Position numbers and translations under genes: made by a program
Part shown: positions 9,678 through 23,007 of the stretch, piece by piece
Layout: every line of letters starts with the position of its first letter
Position numbering within the stretch: position 1 is the stretch's first letter
From: Thermoplasmatota archaeon
Lineage (GTDB): Archaea; Thermoplasmatota; Thermoplasmata; UBA10834
Assembly: GCA_040751795.1 (NCBI GenBank)
Contig: JBFMHR010000002.1
Coordinates: 256,001-320,000, forward strand
DNA: 64,000 bases
Direction of reading: 5' to 3'
Notes under the pieces: generated by a model
What the model was told of the DNA's origin: nothing
The model's database searches: none
The model's input: the letters and a program-made list of their open reading frames with translations, nothing else

Positions 9678-10178
9678 ATGTGGGACAAGATAGCCAACTA
9701 CTTCGAGAAGTACCCGTCCCAGGCCAAGGTCGCGAGGTACCTCCTCAGGTACGGGCTGAGGATAGAGAAGGACCATGTCTTCTGCGGCGACGTCAGGATC
9801 GCGGACTCCTCGCTGGCGAGGGCCGCGGGCGTCGACAGGAGGGTCGTCAAGTCGACCCTGGACACCATAAGGAACGACCCGACGCTGCTGAAGTTCTTCT
9901 CGCAGCTGCAGCCGACCAACCACCTGAAGAACGCCGCGTCGGCCATGGGCTGGAGCGCGATCGAGATAGTCCCGACGGACGCCCACGAGCCCGGGATAAT
10001 CGCCTCGGTGGCCGAGATCCTGTCCAGGTCGCAGATAAGCATCAGGCAGGCCATCGTGGACGACCCGATGACCTCGGAGGAGCCGAAGCTGTTCATCGTG
10101 ACCGAGAGCCAGGTCCCGGCGGACCTGATACCCCTGATTCGGCAGTCCAAGGGAGTCAAGGGCGTCACGATCTACTGA
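9678..10178 (+). CDS. trpY: TrpY-family transcriptional regulator (HTH + ACT domain)
   Basis: MW start, YPSQAKVAR, FCGDVRIADSSLARAAGVDRRVV HTH, PGIIASVA...ISIRQA..DDP ACT domain; closely resembles Methanothermobacter TrpY as recalled. Confidence 0.85.
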   Translation: MWDKIANYFEKYPSQAKVARYLLRYGLRIEKDHVFCGDVRIADSSLARAAGVDRRVVKSTLDTIRNDPTLLKFFSQLQPTNHLKNAASAMGWSAIEIVPTDAHEPGIIASVAEILSRSQISIRQAIVDDPMTSEEPKLFIVTESQVPADLIPLIRQSKGVKGVTIY

Positions 10179-10203
10179 TCAGGGGCTGGGCCGCGGGGGT
10201 CGG

Positions 10204-11133
10204 ATGCGTCAGCTGGGGGAGCACACCAAGGCGTACCTCGCCATCGGCGTGGCCATGGTGTCCATCTCCTTCGCCTCGATATTCATCAAGTGGAGCGAGA
10301 GCGCCCCCTTCGTAATAGCCTCGTACCGCCTGGGCATCACCTGCCTCATACTGCTCCCGTTCCTCCTGTACTACGGAGGCGTCAGGGCCATGAGGTCCTT
10401 CAGGAGGGACGAGTGGGCCCTCATACTCCTGAGCGGAGTCGCCCTCTCCTTCCACTTCGGCCTGTGGATAACCTCCCTCGGGCTCACGCTCGTCTCGACC
10501 TCCGTCATACTCGTCACCTCGCACCCCATATTCGTCGCGGGGGTGTCGCACTTCCTCATGAGGGAGCACGTCCGCAGGGTCGCGGCCGTGGGCATCGTCG
10601 TGGCCTTCGCGGGAGTCTGCGTCATCTCCCTGAACGACTACCGCATCGGCGGCGACTCCCTGATGGGGGACCTGCTGGCCTTCCTGGGCGGCCTCTGCGC
10701 GGGGATATACTTCCTCTCCGGCAGGGTCGCGAGGAGGAGCGTCCCGCTGACGCCCTACGTGTTCTCGGTGTACGGGATATCCGCCCTCATCCTCCTCGCC
10801 TCGGCCGTCGCCGTGGGCGACGAGTTCGTCGTCACGGACGGGACCGAGCTCACCCTCTTCCTCCTCATGGCCATCGTGCCGACCATCTTCGGCCACACGA
10901 TGTTCAACTACGCGCTGAAGAAGGTCCCGGCGCACATAGTCTCCACCAGCGTCCTGGGGGAGCCCGTGGGGGCGTCCCTGCTCGCGTACCTGCTCCTGCC
11001 GGGCGAGGTGCCCAGCGTGTGGATCGTCGTGGGGGGCGCCCTGGTCGTGGGCGGCCTCTACGTGGTGCTGACGAAGGGGATGCCCCGGGGCGGCGCGGAG
11101 GACGGGGAGGCCGAGGGGACGGGCCCCCGCTGA
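10204..11133 (+). CDS. EamA/DMT family transporter
   Basis: About 10 hydrophobic segments in two repeats; SHPIFVA and LGEPVGA motifs. Confidence 0.9.
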   Translation: MRQLGEHTKAYLAIGVAMVSISFASIFIKWSESAPFVIASYRLGITCLILLPFLLYYGGVRAMRSFRRDEWALILLSGVALSFHFGLWITSLGLTLVSTSVILVTSHPIFVAGVSHFLMREHVRRVAAVGIVVAFAGVCVISLNDYRIGGDSLMGDLLAFLGGLCAGIYFLSGRVARRSVPLTPYVFSVYGISALILLASAVAVGDEFVVTDGTELTLFLLMAIVPTIFGHTMFNYALKKVPAHIVSTSVLGEPVGASLLAYLLLPGEVPSVWIVVGGALVVGGLYVVLTKGMPRGGAEDGEAEGTGPR

Positions 11134-11215
11134 GCCTTTTTACGAATGTCCCTCCGGATGCCCACCGTACCTTTCATCCACAAAAGATAATAACCTCGGC
11201 GCCAACACCTTAACC

Positions 11216-11824
11216 ATGAGCCACAACCTGGACGACGTCGACCGCAAGATACTGAGGGAGCTGCAGACGGACGGGAGGGCCTCGTTCAGGGACCTGGCCT
11301 CCCGGATAGGGGTCAGCACACCGACCGTGAGCGCGAGGGTGCAGGCGATGACCGACGCCGGCCTGATCAAGGGCTACGCCGCCCAGCTGGACGCGGACCT
11401 GCTCGGGCAGGTCTCGGTCGCTATCACCCTCGAGGCGAAGCCCTCGGACGTCGAGAGGATCTACGCGAGGCTGGTCGAGGAGGACATGGTGCGGCAGGTC
11501 TACGTCCTGTCCGACTCCAGGATACTCCTCATGGTCTCCTACTACAACCACGTGAAGTACAGGCAGTTCGTCGAGTCGCTCTCCAGGATACCGGAGATAA
11601 GGACCGTCACCACGGCGATGGTGATGAAGGCCCCGAAGGAGACGTCCAGGGCCGCCCTGACCGACGAGGCGGGCCTCATGATCAAGTGCTACTACTGCGG
11701 CCACCTCATCCACGACGAGGGGGTCAAGCTGAAGATAGACGGCAAGTACCACTACATGTGCTGCGACGTCTGCGCGAAGCTCTACAGGGAGAAGTACGAC
11801 AAGCTGAAGAAGTCGGCCCAGTGA
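11216..11824 (+). CDS. Lrp/AsnC-type regulator with C-terminal TRASH metal-sensing domain (CopR-like)
   Basis: LDDVDRKILRELQTDGRASFRDLA HTH; C-terminal CYYC-x20-CCDVC. Confidence 0.88.
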   Translation: MSHNLDDVDRKILRELQTDGRASFRDLASRIGVSTPTVSARVQAMTDAGLIKGYAAQLDADLLGQVSVAITLEAKPSDVERIYARLVEEDMVRQVYVLSDSRILLMVSYYNHVKYRQFVESLSRIPEIRTVTTAMVMKAPKETSRAALTDEAGLMIKCYYCGHLIHDEGVKLKIDGKYHYMCCDVCAKLYREKYDKLKKSAQ

Positions 11825-11825
11825 C

Positions 11826-11969
11826 TCACTGGGAGTACTCCTCCGGGCTCTTGTCGAAGGCGGCCTTGCAGCCCGGGGCGCAGAAGTAGTACTCCTTGCC
11901 CTTGTAGACCGACTTCCACTTCGCGGTCCTCGGATCGACCTGCATCCTGCATATCGGGTCTATGGCCAT
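11826..11969 (-). CDS. YHS/TRASH-domain small protein (putative copper chaperone), 47 aa
   Basis: Missed by the ORF track. MAIDPICRMQVDPRTAKWKSVYKGKEYYFCAPGCKAAFDKSPEEYSQ, preceded by RBS GAGGTGA. Confidence 0.92.
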   Translation of the reverse strand: MAIDPICRMQVDPRTAKWKSVYKGKEYYFCAPGCKAAFDKSPEEYSQ

Positions 11970-12200
11970 TCTCTCACCTCGAGAAGGTTGGGGAACGGAG
12001 CCAGGTTCTCAGTTGCGGGGCATAGAGTGGGGTCCAGCTCCGCTCCTTGGGGACACCAACGACGCCGCGCGGGATATCAATAGTCCCTTACAGGTTCTGG
12101 TCTCTCCCGCGCCGTGCGGGGCCGACAACTCACGGGCGCATACAACAACGCTTATATTCGGGTACCAGGTATGACCGAGTCCGGCAGCTGGTGGCACAGG

Positions 12201-12986
12201 ATGGCAATATTCGAGAAGTCTTCCGAGAAGGCCGTGACGCGCGCCATAATCGCGGGGTTCACGAGGGACATGGAGAGGTTCGCCGACTCCGAGGTCATCG
12301 TGGTCGGCGGCGGCCCGAGCGGCCTCGTGGCGGCCAGGGACCTCTCCCTCAAGGGGGTCAAGGTCCTGGTGATCGAGAGGAACAACTACCTGGGCGGCGG
12401 CTTCTGGGTCGGCGGGTACCTGATGAACACCATAACGATCAGGGCCCCCGCGCACAAGATCCTCGACGAGCTGGACATCCAGCACGAGGAGTTCGAGAAG
12501 GGCCTCCACGTCACGCCCGGCCCCCTCGCCTGCTCCAAGCTCATAGCGGCCGCCTGCGAGTCTGGCGCCGGCGTCCTTAACATGACGGCCTTCGACGACG
12601 TGGTGCTCCGGGAGAAGAACCGCGTCGGCGGGGTCGTGGTCAACTGGACTCCCGTCGCGCTGCTCCCCAAGCCGATCAGCTGCGTCGACCCGATTGCCTT
12701 CGAGTCGAAGCTGGTCATAGACGCCACCGGTCACGACGCCCTCGTGGTCTCCAAGCTCGAGGAGCGCGGGCTCATCAAGACGCCGGGCTTCGGCGCCATG
12801 TGGATCGAGAAGAGCGAGGACGCCGTGGTCCAGAAGAGCGGGCTCGCGTACCCCGGCCTCATCGTGGTCGGCATGGCCGTGTCCACGACCTTCGGCCTCC
12901 CGAGGATGGGCCCGACCTTCGGGTCGATGCTCCTCTCCGGCAGGAAGGGCGCAGAGGTCGCGTACAAGCTCCTCAAGAAGAGCTGA
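12201..12986 (+). CDS. thi4: Thiamine thiazole synthase (THI4 family)
   Basis: [41 protein letters not shown]. Confidence 0.95.
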   Translation: MAIFEKSSEKAVTRAIIAGFTRDMERFADSEVIVVGGGPSGLVAARDLSLKGVKVLVIERNNYLGGGFWVGGYLMNTITIRAPAHKILDELDIQHEEFEKGLHVTPGPLACSKLIAAACESGAGVLNMTAFDDVVLREKNRVGGVVVNWTPVALLPKPISCVDPIAFESKLVIDATGHDALVVSKLEERGLIKTPGFGAMWIEKSEDAVVQKSGLAYPGLIVVGMAVSTTFGLPRMGPTFGSMLLSGRKGAEVAYKLLKKS

Positions 12987-13009
12987 GGTCCGTCCGGACC
13001 CTGGCCGGG

Positions 13010-16224
<3,215 letters not shown>

Positions 16225-16225
<1 letters not shown>

Positions 16226-17295
16226 CAGTCCCCCTCCAGCATGTCCTTGAAGCGGTCGAAGAGGAAGCGGGAGTCGAGGGGCCCCGCGTGCGCCTCCGGG
16301 TGGAACTGCACGGAGAAGATGGGGAGCTCGCGGTGCCTTATGCCCTCCACCGTCCCGTCGTTGAGGTTGGTGAAGGTCACGTCCAGGCCTGCGTCCTCGG
16401 CCGATGCCCTGTCCACTGCGAACCCGTGGTTCTGGGAGGTTATCAGGACCCTCCCCTCGAAGCCGACGGGCTGGTTGATCCCCCTGTGGCCGAACTTGAG
16501 CTTGAATGTCTTGGCGCCCAGCATCAGGGCGAGGAGCTGGTTCCCCAGGCAGATGCCCATCATGGGGAACTCATCCTTGAGCCTCCCCAGGGTGGACACC
16601 GTACTGTCCATCATCTCCGGGTGGGCCGGGTTCCCCGGGCCGTTCGTGATGAATATGCCGTCAGGGGAGAGCTCCCTCACCGCGTCCGCGCCGATGTCGA
16701 AGGGCGCCTGGACGACGTCGAACCTCTCCCTGAGCTCCCGCATGATGTCCTCCTTGACGCCGCAGTCGAGGACGACCACCCTCTTGGCCCCCGGGCGCGG
16801 GAACCTGAGGACCTCGTCCGTGCTCACGGCCGCCACGAGGTTGGAGAGCTCCGGGTGCCTCGCCTTCCGGACCCGCTCGAGCATGCCCTCGGGGTCGCCA
16901 GCGGTGATGCCGCCCATCATGGTCCCCGAGTTCCTGAGCTTCCTGATCAGCTCCCTGGTGTCGATCCCCTGGATCCCGGGCACCTGGTCGGAGGCGAGGA
17001 AGGAGCCGAGGGTCCCCGCCGAGTCCCTGTGGCTCGGGTGGTCGCACGCCTCCCTCACCGCGTAGCCCCAGACCTGGACCTTCCCCGACTGGGAGTCGCC
17101 CCTGTTCACCCCGTAGTTGCCCACGAGCGGGTACGCGGACACGAGGATCTGGCCGCAGTACGATGGGTCCGTCAGCGACTCCTGGTACCCCGTCATCCCG
17201 GTCGAGAAGACGACCTCGCCGATGACATCCTTGGAGAAGCCGAAGGGCATACCTTCGAAAACAGTCCCGTCCTCAAGGACCAGGTATCCCTTCAT
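16225..17295 (-). CDS. carA: Carbamoyl-phosphate synthase small subunit
   Basis: TGMTGYQESLTDPSY, GICLGNQ, SVQFHPE. Confidence 0.98.
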
Positions 17296-17389
17296 CTGAC
17301 GACCTTTCGGATATTCCGAGGTGGGTTAAAGAACCTTGCTCCCCGCGGTTATCCAGTTCGGGACAAGTCGGTGCGCGGGGCGCAGGATT

Positions 17390-17956
17390 TCAGACAACGG
17401 TCCGACCCGACCACTCCCTCTTCAGCAACGAGAAGACGTGCTCGTCGACGTAGACGCCGTCGATCTTGGAGAACTCCCTCATCACCCCTTCCCTCACGAA
17501 CCCGAGCCTGGCGGCGAGGGCCATGGAGCGCGGGTTGGTCGCGAGTACGGATATCTCGATCCTGTTCAGCCCCATCTCCTCGAAGCCGAACCGGACGGTC
17601 CTCTCCAGCGCCTCCCTCATCAGCCCCCTTCCCCAGTGCTCGGGCCTGAGGTCGTAGCCCATCTTCGCCTTGTCGTGCTCCTTGTCCCAGGCGTGGAAGC
17701 CGATGCTGCCGATGATGTCCTCAGTGCCCTTCAGGCGGATCCCCCACCTGTAGCCGAGGCCCTTCTCGAAGAGGCCGGTTATGTACTGCTCCAGCTCCTG
17801 CCTCGCGGCCTCCAGGTCCTTCGGCGGGGGGAACCCCTGGCCCACGGCGATCTCCGGTATCGAGAAGTGCCCGAGGTACCACTCGGCGTGCCCGCGGGTG
17901 ATCGCGCAGAGTTCGAGCCTCTCCGTGTGAAGCACCGGGAACTCGTGCCAGTCCAT
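17390..17956 (-). CDS. GNAT family N-acetyltransferase (RimJ/RimL-like)
   Basis: FPVLHTERLEL, MGYDLRPEHWGRGLMREA, NPRSMALAARLGFVREG. ATG at 17956. Confidence 0.9.
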   Translation of the reverse strand: MDWHEFPVLHTERLELCAITRGHAEWYLGHFSIPEIAVGQGFPPPKDLEAARQELEQYITGLFEKGLGYRWGIRLKGTEDIIGSIGFHAWDKEHDKAKMGYDLRPEHWGRGLMREALERTVRFGFEEMGLNRIEISVLATNPRSMALAARLGFVREGVMREFSKIDGVYVDEHVFSLLKREWSGRTVV

Positions 17957-18067
17957 GTCGTCCGCCCCGATGGACGGCGCCCGTAATAGAGGTGCCGCCC
18001 CTCGGGAGCGCCCGCCCCAGGGATTCATTTTATTACCGGCAACCCGATTGCCCAGGCCTGGTAGAGG

Positions 18068-18925
18068 ATGTTTCCGGGCCACTGCAAGGAGGTGAGCGTC
18101 AGGAGCGTCGCCTTCGAGCTCACCGAGGACAACATCAAGGGGTTCCTCTCGGGCAAGAGGGCCTACATCAGGACCAGGTTCTACGTGTTCAGCTCCGGCG
18201 ACCAGTGGGCCGTCGCCGAGGTCGAGAAGGACGAGGCCAACTCGGTCCTCAAGGGGATCAGGTCGGTCCGCGTCCTGTCGCTGCCAGATGACACCGCCTT
18301 CGTCGACGACCCGTCCCTGGAGGTGCTCTCCGCCTCGGTCATGGGCGCCCTCCAGCGCCAGACCGGCAGGAGGTGCGTGGTCGTCCGGGGGAGGGCGGAC
18401 CACATATCGTTCTTCCTGGAGGAGGAGCCGAGGATGCTCACCATATTCGACGTCGTGCCTCCGTCCCCGTCCAAGCTCGTGGGGATGGTCGACTCCGTCC
18501 TCGAGTCGGACCTGCAGGACATGTGCGTGTCGTACTCCGTGGTCGAGGCGGACCTCAACGACATCGCGGCCTCGGTGACATCTGGTTCCGTCATGTTCCC
18601 GTGCAGGGCCTCCGCGCTCAGGTCCCGCCTGCCGACATACTACCTCGACGAGACCAGGGAGCTCACGGAACAGCAGATCGCGGACGTCACCCTCGTGGGC
18701 TGCTCCCTCTCCGCCAGGATCTTCAAGGCCGTGTACGGGAGCGAGCCGAGGCTGGTCAACATGTGCCCGAAGGACCTGGCCAGGGCCAAGGGCGTGGAGG
18801 GCCCGGTCCTGGTCAAGTGCTGCAGGGTGAAGGAGGGCTTCGAGGTCGACGGGGACATGGCGGTAGTTCCGTGGGGCGTGAGGTCGTCTGAGCTCGCGGC
18901 GGCCCTGAGGGCGCTGCTCTCCTAG
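18068..18925 (+). CDS. Hypothetical Cys-rich protein (probable metal-binding)
   Basis: Host-like codon usage, 285 aa; Cys motifs FPCR, GCSLS, MCP, KCCR; no family recognised. Confidence 0.75.
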   Translation: MFPGHCKEVSVRSVAFELTEDNIKGFLSGKRAYIRTRFYVFSSGDQWAVAEVEKDEANSVLKGIRSVRVLSLPDDTAFVDDPSLEVLSASVMGALQRQTGRRCVVVRGRADHISFFLEEEPRMLTIFDVVPPSPSKLVGMVDSVLESDLQDMCVSYSVVEADLNDIAASVTSGSVMFPCRASALRSRLPTYYLDETRELTEQQIADVTLVGCSLSARIFKAVYGSEPRLVNMCPKDLARAKGVEGPVLVKCCRVKEGFEVDGDMAVVPWGVRSSELAAALRALLS

Positions 18926-20835
18926 ATGTCCAGCTCGTCGTCCCTGAACTTGACCACGGGGCACGGTCCGAGGCAGCGGCCGCAGTGGGTGCACAGTCCA
19001 GCGTCGATGACCGCCCTTCCCTCGAGCCTCATCGCGCCGTCCTCGCACCTGGCCACGCATATGCCGCACCCGGCGCACCCCATCGCGCGCAGGACGACCT
19101 CCCTGAGCAGCGCGGTCCTCTTCCTCACCTGCTCCTCCGTCTTCCCGCGGACCATCACGGGCCCCTCCCTGAAGACGGTGATGCCGGATGTCTCGGCTAT
19201 CCCGAGGTCGGGCGAGGTCGTGACCTTCCCGGCGATGTTCAGCAGGTTGGCGACGCGCTCCATGTCCAGGGGCCTGGAGAAGACCCCCTCGGCGCTGACG
19301 CCCTCCACGCACGGGTTGTACCCGGCGGTGGTCCTCAGCTCCAGGGGCGCTTCGTCCTCGCGCGCCGGCCCGGGCCCCAGCCCTTCGCCCAGGTCGCCCA
19401 GCTCCTGCGCGACGGAGTCGGGGAGCCGCCTCCACCTCCAGAGGTCGTAGTCGAGCCACGCCCTCGGCAGCCCCCTCTTCTCCGCGTACTCGGAAAGGAA
19501 CCTGGTCCACTCGCCGTACTCGCTGCCCAGCTCCCGCGCCCTCCTCAGCTCGGAGAGGTCCGTGGCGGGACACATGAAGCAGCCGATGCGTTCGATGCCC
19601 CGCGCGTACAGCGGGTTCGCGTCGGCGCCCTTCGAGAACAGGTACAACCACACATGCATCGCGGTCCACTTCTGGATGGGCGACGCGGCGAGCTGGTTCG
19701 GCGTCCACGGGTTCCTCCAGACCCTCCCCTTCCTCGCCCTCTGCTCCGACTCGTACGCCCTCTGGCCTATGAACGACAGGACCCCCCCGGGGAAGCTCTG
19801 CTGAATCAGCCTCGTCGCGGGGCCGAGCTTGCAGGTCTTGCAGCACCACCTGTAGTCCTTCGCGGGCGGGCCGAAGGTCCAGACGTTGTCCCAGAAGGTC
19901 CTCCCAGCGCTCTCGGTGACGAGGTCCAGGCCGTACCTCTCGGCCGTCTCCCTCACGTTCCTCATGGTCTCCTCGAACTCGAGGCCCGTGTCGATGAAAA
20001 GGAGCGAGGGCCTGATGCCCGCGTCCAAAACAAGCAGCAGCGTGGCGAGGCTGTCCTTGCCGCCGCTGTACGAGACAGCCACAGGGAGGTCGTTGTTGCG
20101 GACAGTCTTCTGGACGAACGCCTTCGCCTCCTCCACGCGCCTCTGAAGTACCTCGGCGTTCGCCTCGACCGCGTCCGCCCAGGTCGCCTTGGCCTCGAGC
20201 CGCCTCGCGTCCGTCCCGTCCACGACCCACCTGGTCTTGACTGCGGTCCCGCGCGCTCCGGGCCTCCTCATCTCCTCCGCGGACATCTTGGCGGTGCCGA
20301 CGGAGACCGGGTTCCGGGAGCCGTCGAGCACGAGGACGTCGTCCCCGGGGAGTATCGACGGGTCCGCGTCCAGTACCCCGACGGCGAGCGTGCTGGCCTT
20401 CTTCTCCTTGATAGGGACTATGGCGCCCTCGTCGACCGTGACCCTGCCCCTGCTCGCGACCGGCGCGAGCGCCGTCGCGCTGTAGGGCCTCAGGAGGAAC
20501 TTGTCCCCCTTGGCCAGGTGGAACCTCATCGCCCCGACGACGAGTCCGTCGACAATGACCTCGTCCATGCGGTCGATGTCGGGGGCCTTGTTCAGCAGGG
20601 CCAGCTTCCCGTCGGGGAGGACGGCCTCGCCGCAACCCGGCCCGAACTGCGCGTCGAGGAGCGCCCTCGCCCTCTCGATGTCGTGTCCGAACGCGGGGCG
20701 GGCGTCCCCGGGCGGCGTCAGCTTCACCTCCCTGGTCGCCGCGCCGCACCTGCCGCAGGCGGCCTGCTCCATCACCGGCACGTTGCACTCGTCGCACCAG
20801 CGCAGGTGCATCTTGCCGAGCCTGATCTCGCCCAC
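18922..20835 (-). CDS. Zn-finger/PUA/PAPS-reductase-like (PP-loop) protein with C-terminal 2x[4Fe-4S] ferredoxin
   Basis: CDEC..CGRC, PUA domain, SYSGGKDS PP-loop, WCCKTCK and GCFMCP, CAGCGICVARC/CTHCGRCLGPCP. Confidence 0.88.
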   Translation of the reverse strand: MGEIRLGKMHLRWCDECNVPVMEQAACGRCGAATREVKLTPPGDARPAFGHDIERARALLDAQFGPGCGEAVLPDGKLALLNKAPDIDRMDEVIVDGLVVGAMRFHLAKGDKFLLRPYSATALAPVASRGRVTVDEGAIVPIKEKKASTLAVGVLDADPSILPGDDVLVLDGSRNPVSVGTAKMSAEEMRRPGARGTAVKTRWVVDGTDARRLEAKATWADAVEANAEVLQRRVEEAKAFVQKTVRNNDLPVAVSYSGGKDSLATLLLVLDAGIRPSLLFIDTGLEFEETMRNVRETAERYGLDLVTESAGRTFWDNVWTFGPPAKDYRWCCKTCKLGPATRLIQQSFPGGVLSFIGQRAYESEQRARKGRVWRNPWTPNQLAASPIQKWTAMHVWLYLFSKGADANPLYARGIERIGCFMCPATDLSELRRARELGSEYGEWTRFLSEYAEKRGLPRAWLDYDLWRWRRLPDSVAQELGDLGEGLGPGPAREDEAPLELRTTAGYNPCVEGVSAEGVFSRPLDMERVANLLNIAGKVTTSPDLGIAETSGITVFREGPVMVRGKTEEQVRKRTALLREVVLRAMGCAGCGICVARCEDGAMRLEGRAVIDAGLCTHCGRCLGPCPVVKFRDDELDI

Positions 20836-20878
20836 GGTACCTCAGGAGAGGGTGCGCGTATTATAGCCTTTCCAGGGG

Positions 20879-21292
20879 CTACTTCAGCGCCTTGAGCTGC
20901 TTGACGACGGCCTCTACGGAGTCCTTCGCGCGCTCGATCCTGTCCTCGGCCTGGAGCCTGCTCATGCCGGGGCCGGTTATGCCCAGGCCGACCGGCTTCT
21001 CGTACTCGACCGCGAGGTCGGTTATCTTCCTCGCCGCCTGGCCGATGACGATCTGGTCGTGCTCGGTCTCGCCCTCGATGACCGCGCCTATCGCGACGGC
21101 CCCGTCCACGGACTTGTCCTTCAGGAGGGTCTTGAGCGCCAGGGGTATGTCGAAGACGCCCGGCACCATGACCACCTTGGCCACTTCCACGTCCAAGAAC
21201 CTCGCGTGCTCCTTCGCCCTCTCGAGCATCATCTGCGTGATGTCGAAGTTGAACTCGCTGCAGACGATGCCTATCCTGTACTTACCTGCCAT
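20879..21292 (-). CDS. ribH: 6,7-dimethyl-8-ribityllumazine synthase
   Basis: IGIVCSEFN, VPGVFDIP, GAVIEGETEH. Confidence 0.95.
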   Translation of the reverse strand: MAGKYRIGIVCSEFNFDITQMMLERAKEHARFLDVEVAKVVMVPGVFDIPLALKTLLKDKSVDGAVAIGAVIEGETEHDQIVIGQAARKITDLAVEYEKPVGLGITGPGMSRLQAEDRIERAKDSVEAVVKQLKALK

Positions 21293-21314
21293 GTCCTTGC
21301 CTCCATTCTCGATC

Positions 21315-22231
<917 letters not shown>

Positions 22232-22237
22232 GCGCCC

Positions 22238-22951
22238 TCACCCCTTCCGCTGGGACTCCTTCCAGGCGCCGACGACCTCGGCGCCCTCGAGGTACACGAG
22301 GCCGTTCCTCTGCGCGTAGGCCCTCGCGGCGGACTTGGGGAGCGCCTTCCCGTCGTCGCCCATCATCTCGCAGACAGTGGCGGACGGGACCAGCCCCGCC
22401 ATTATGACGAGCGCCGTCGAGAGCTCGGTGTGCCCGAACCTGGTCTCGAGTATCCGGTCGGTCGTGTTGAGTAGGTGGACGTGCCCGGGCGCCCTGAAGT
22501 TCCTCCCGAACTCCCTCTTGCCCCAGCCGTCCTCCTGTGAGATGGCCCTCCTGGACAGCTCCGCGAACTCCTTCACCGTGAGCGCGCGGTCGTCGTCCGT
22601 TATGCCCGTGAACGTCCTCCTGTGGTTGATGGTGATGCTGAACGCCGACTTGACGTCGTAGGGGATGTCGTTGGGGGTGAGCCCCTTCATGACCGGGTAC
22701 TGGTCGGCCATGCCCATGAAGACCTCGGTGAGGAACGGGAGGCCGAGCGCCTGCCTGATCCTCGGGTCGGCCGTGGTGCACACGAGGCCTCCCCCGTCCC
22801 GTCTCATCGCGCGGATGGCCTCGGAGGTGACGTGCTCGGAGGCGATGACCATGTCGGTCTCCTCCTCGCGGCCGTCCGCGTCGTAGACGAGGACGAAGCG
22901 CCCCTGCCTCAGGGCGTCCAGGGCCTGCATCACGGTAGCTGAAGCCATCAT
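22238..22951 (-). CDS. ribB: 3,4-dihydroxy-2-butanone-4-phosphate synthase (archaeal type)
   Basis: YDADGREEETD, FTGITDDDRA, PGHV, RFGHTE, CEMM. Confidence 0.95.
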   Translation of the reverse strand: MMASATVMQALDALRQGRFVLVYDADGREEETDMVIASEHVTSEAIRAMRRDGGGLVCTTADPRIRQALGLPFLTEVFMGMADQYPVMKGLTPNDIPYDVKSAFSITINHRRTFTGITDDDRALTVKEFAELSRRAISQEDGWGKREFGRNFRAPGHVHLLNTTDRILETRFGHTELSTALVIMAGLVPSATVCEMMGDDGKALPKSAARAYAQRNGLVYLEGAEVVGAWKESQRKG

Positions 22952-23007
22952 CCGCGACGATTCCGCCCGAGGATATTATCTGTGTTGTAGCTACTATTCC
23001 GAAGGTA

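Noticed and set aside
11970-12200. Possible TPP riboswitch upstream of thi4 (a CTGAGA occurs on the minus strand)
   Set aside because: Wrong strand, and the other TPP core elements (ACCUGAU, AGCGxAGGGA) are absent.
22952-23007. FMN riboswitch before the rib operon
   Set aside because: The spacer is only ~55 nt and has no RFN consensus.
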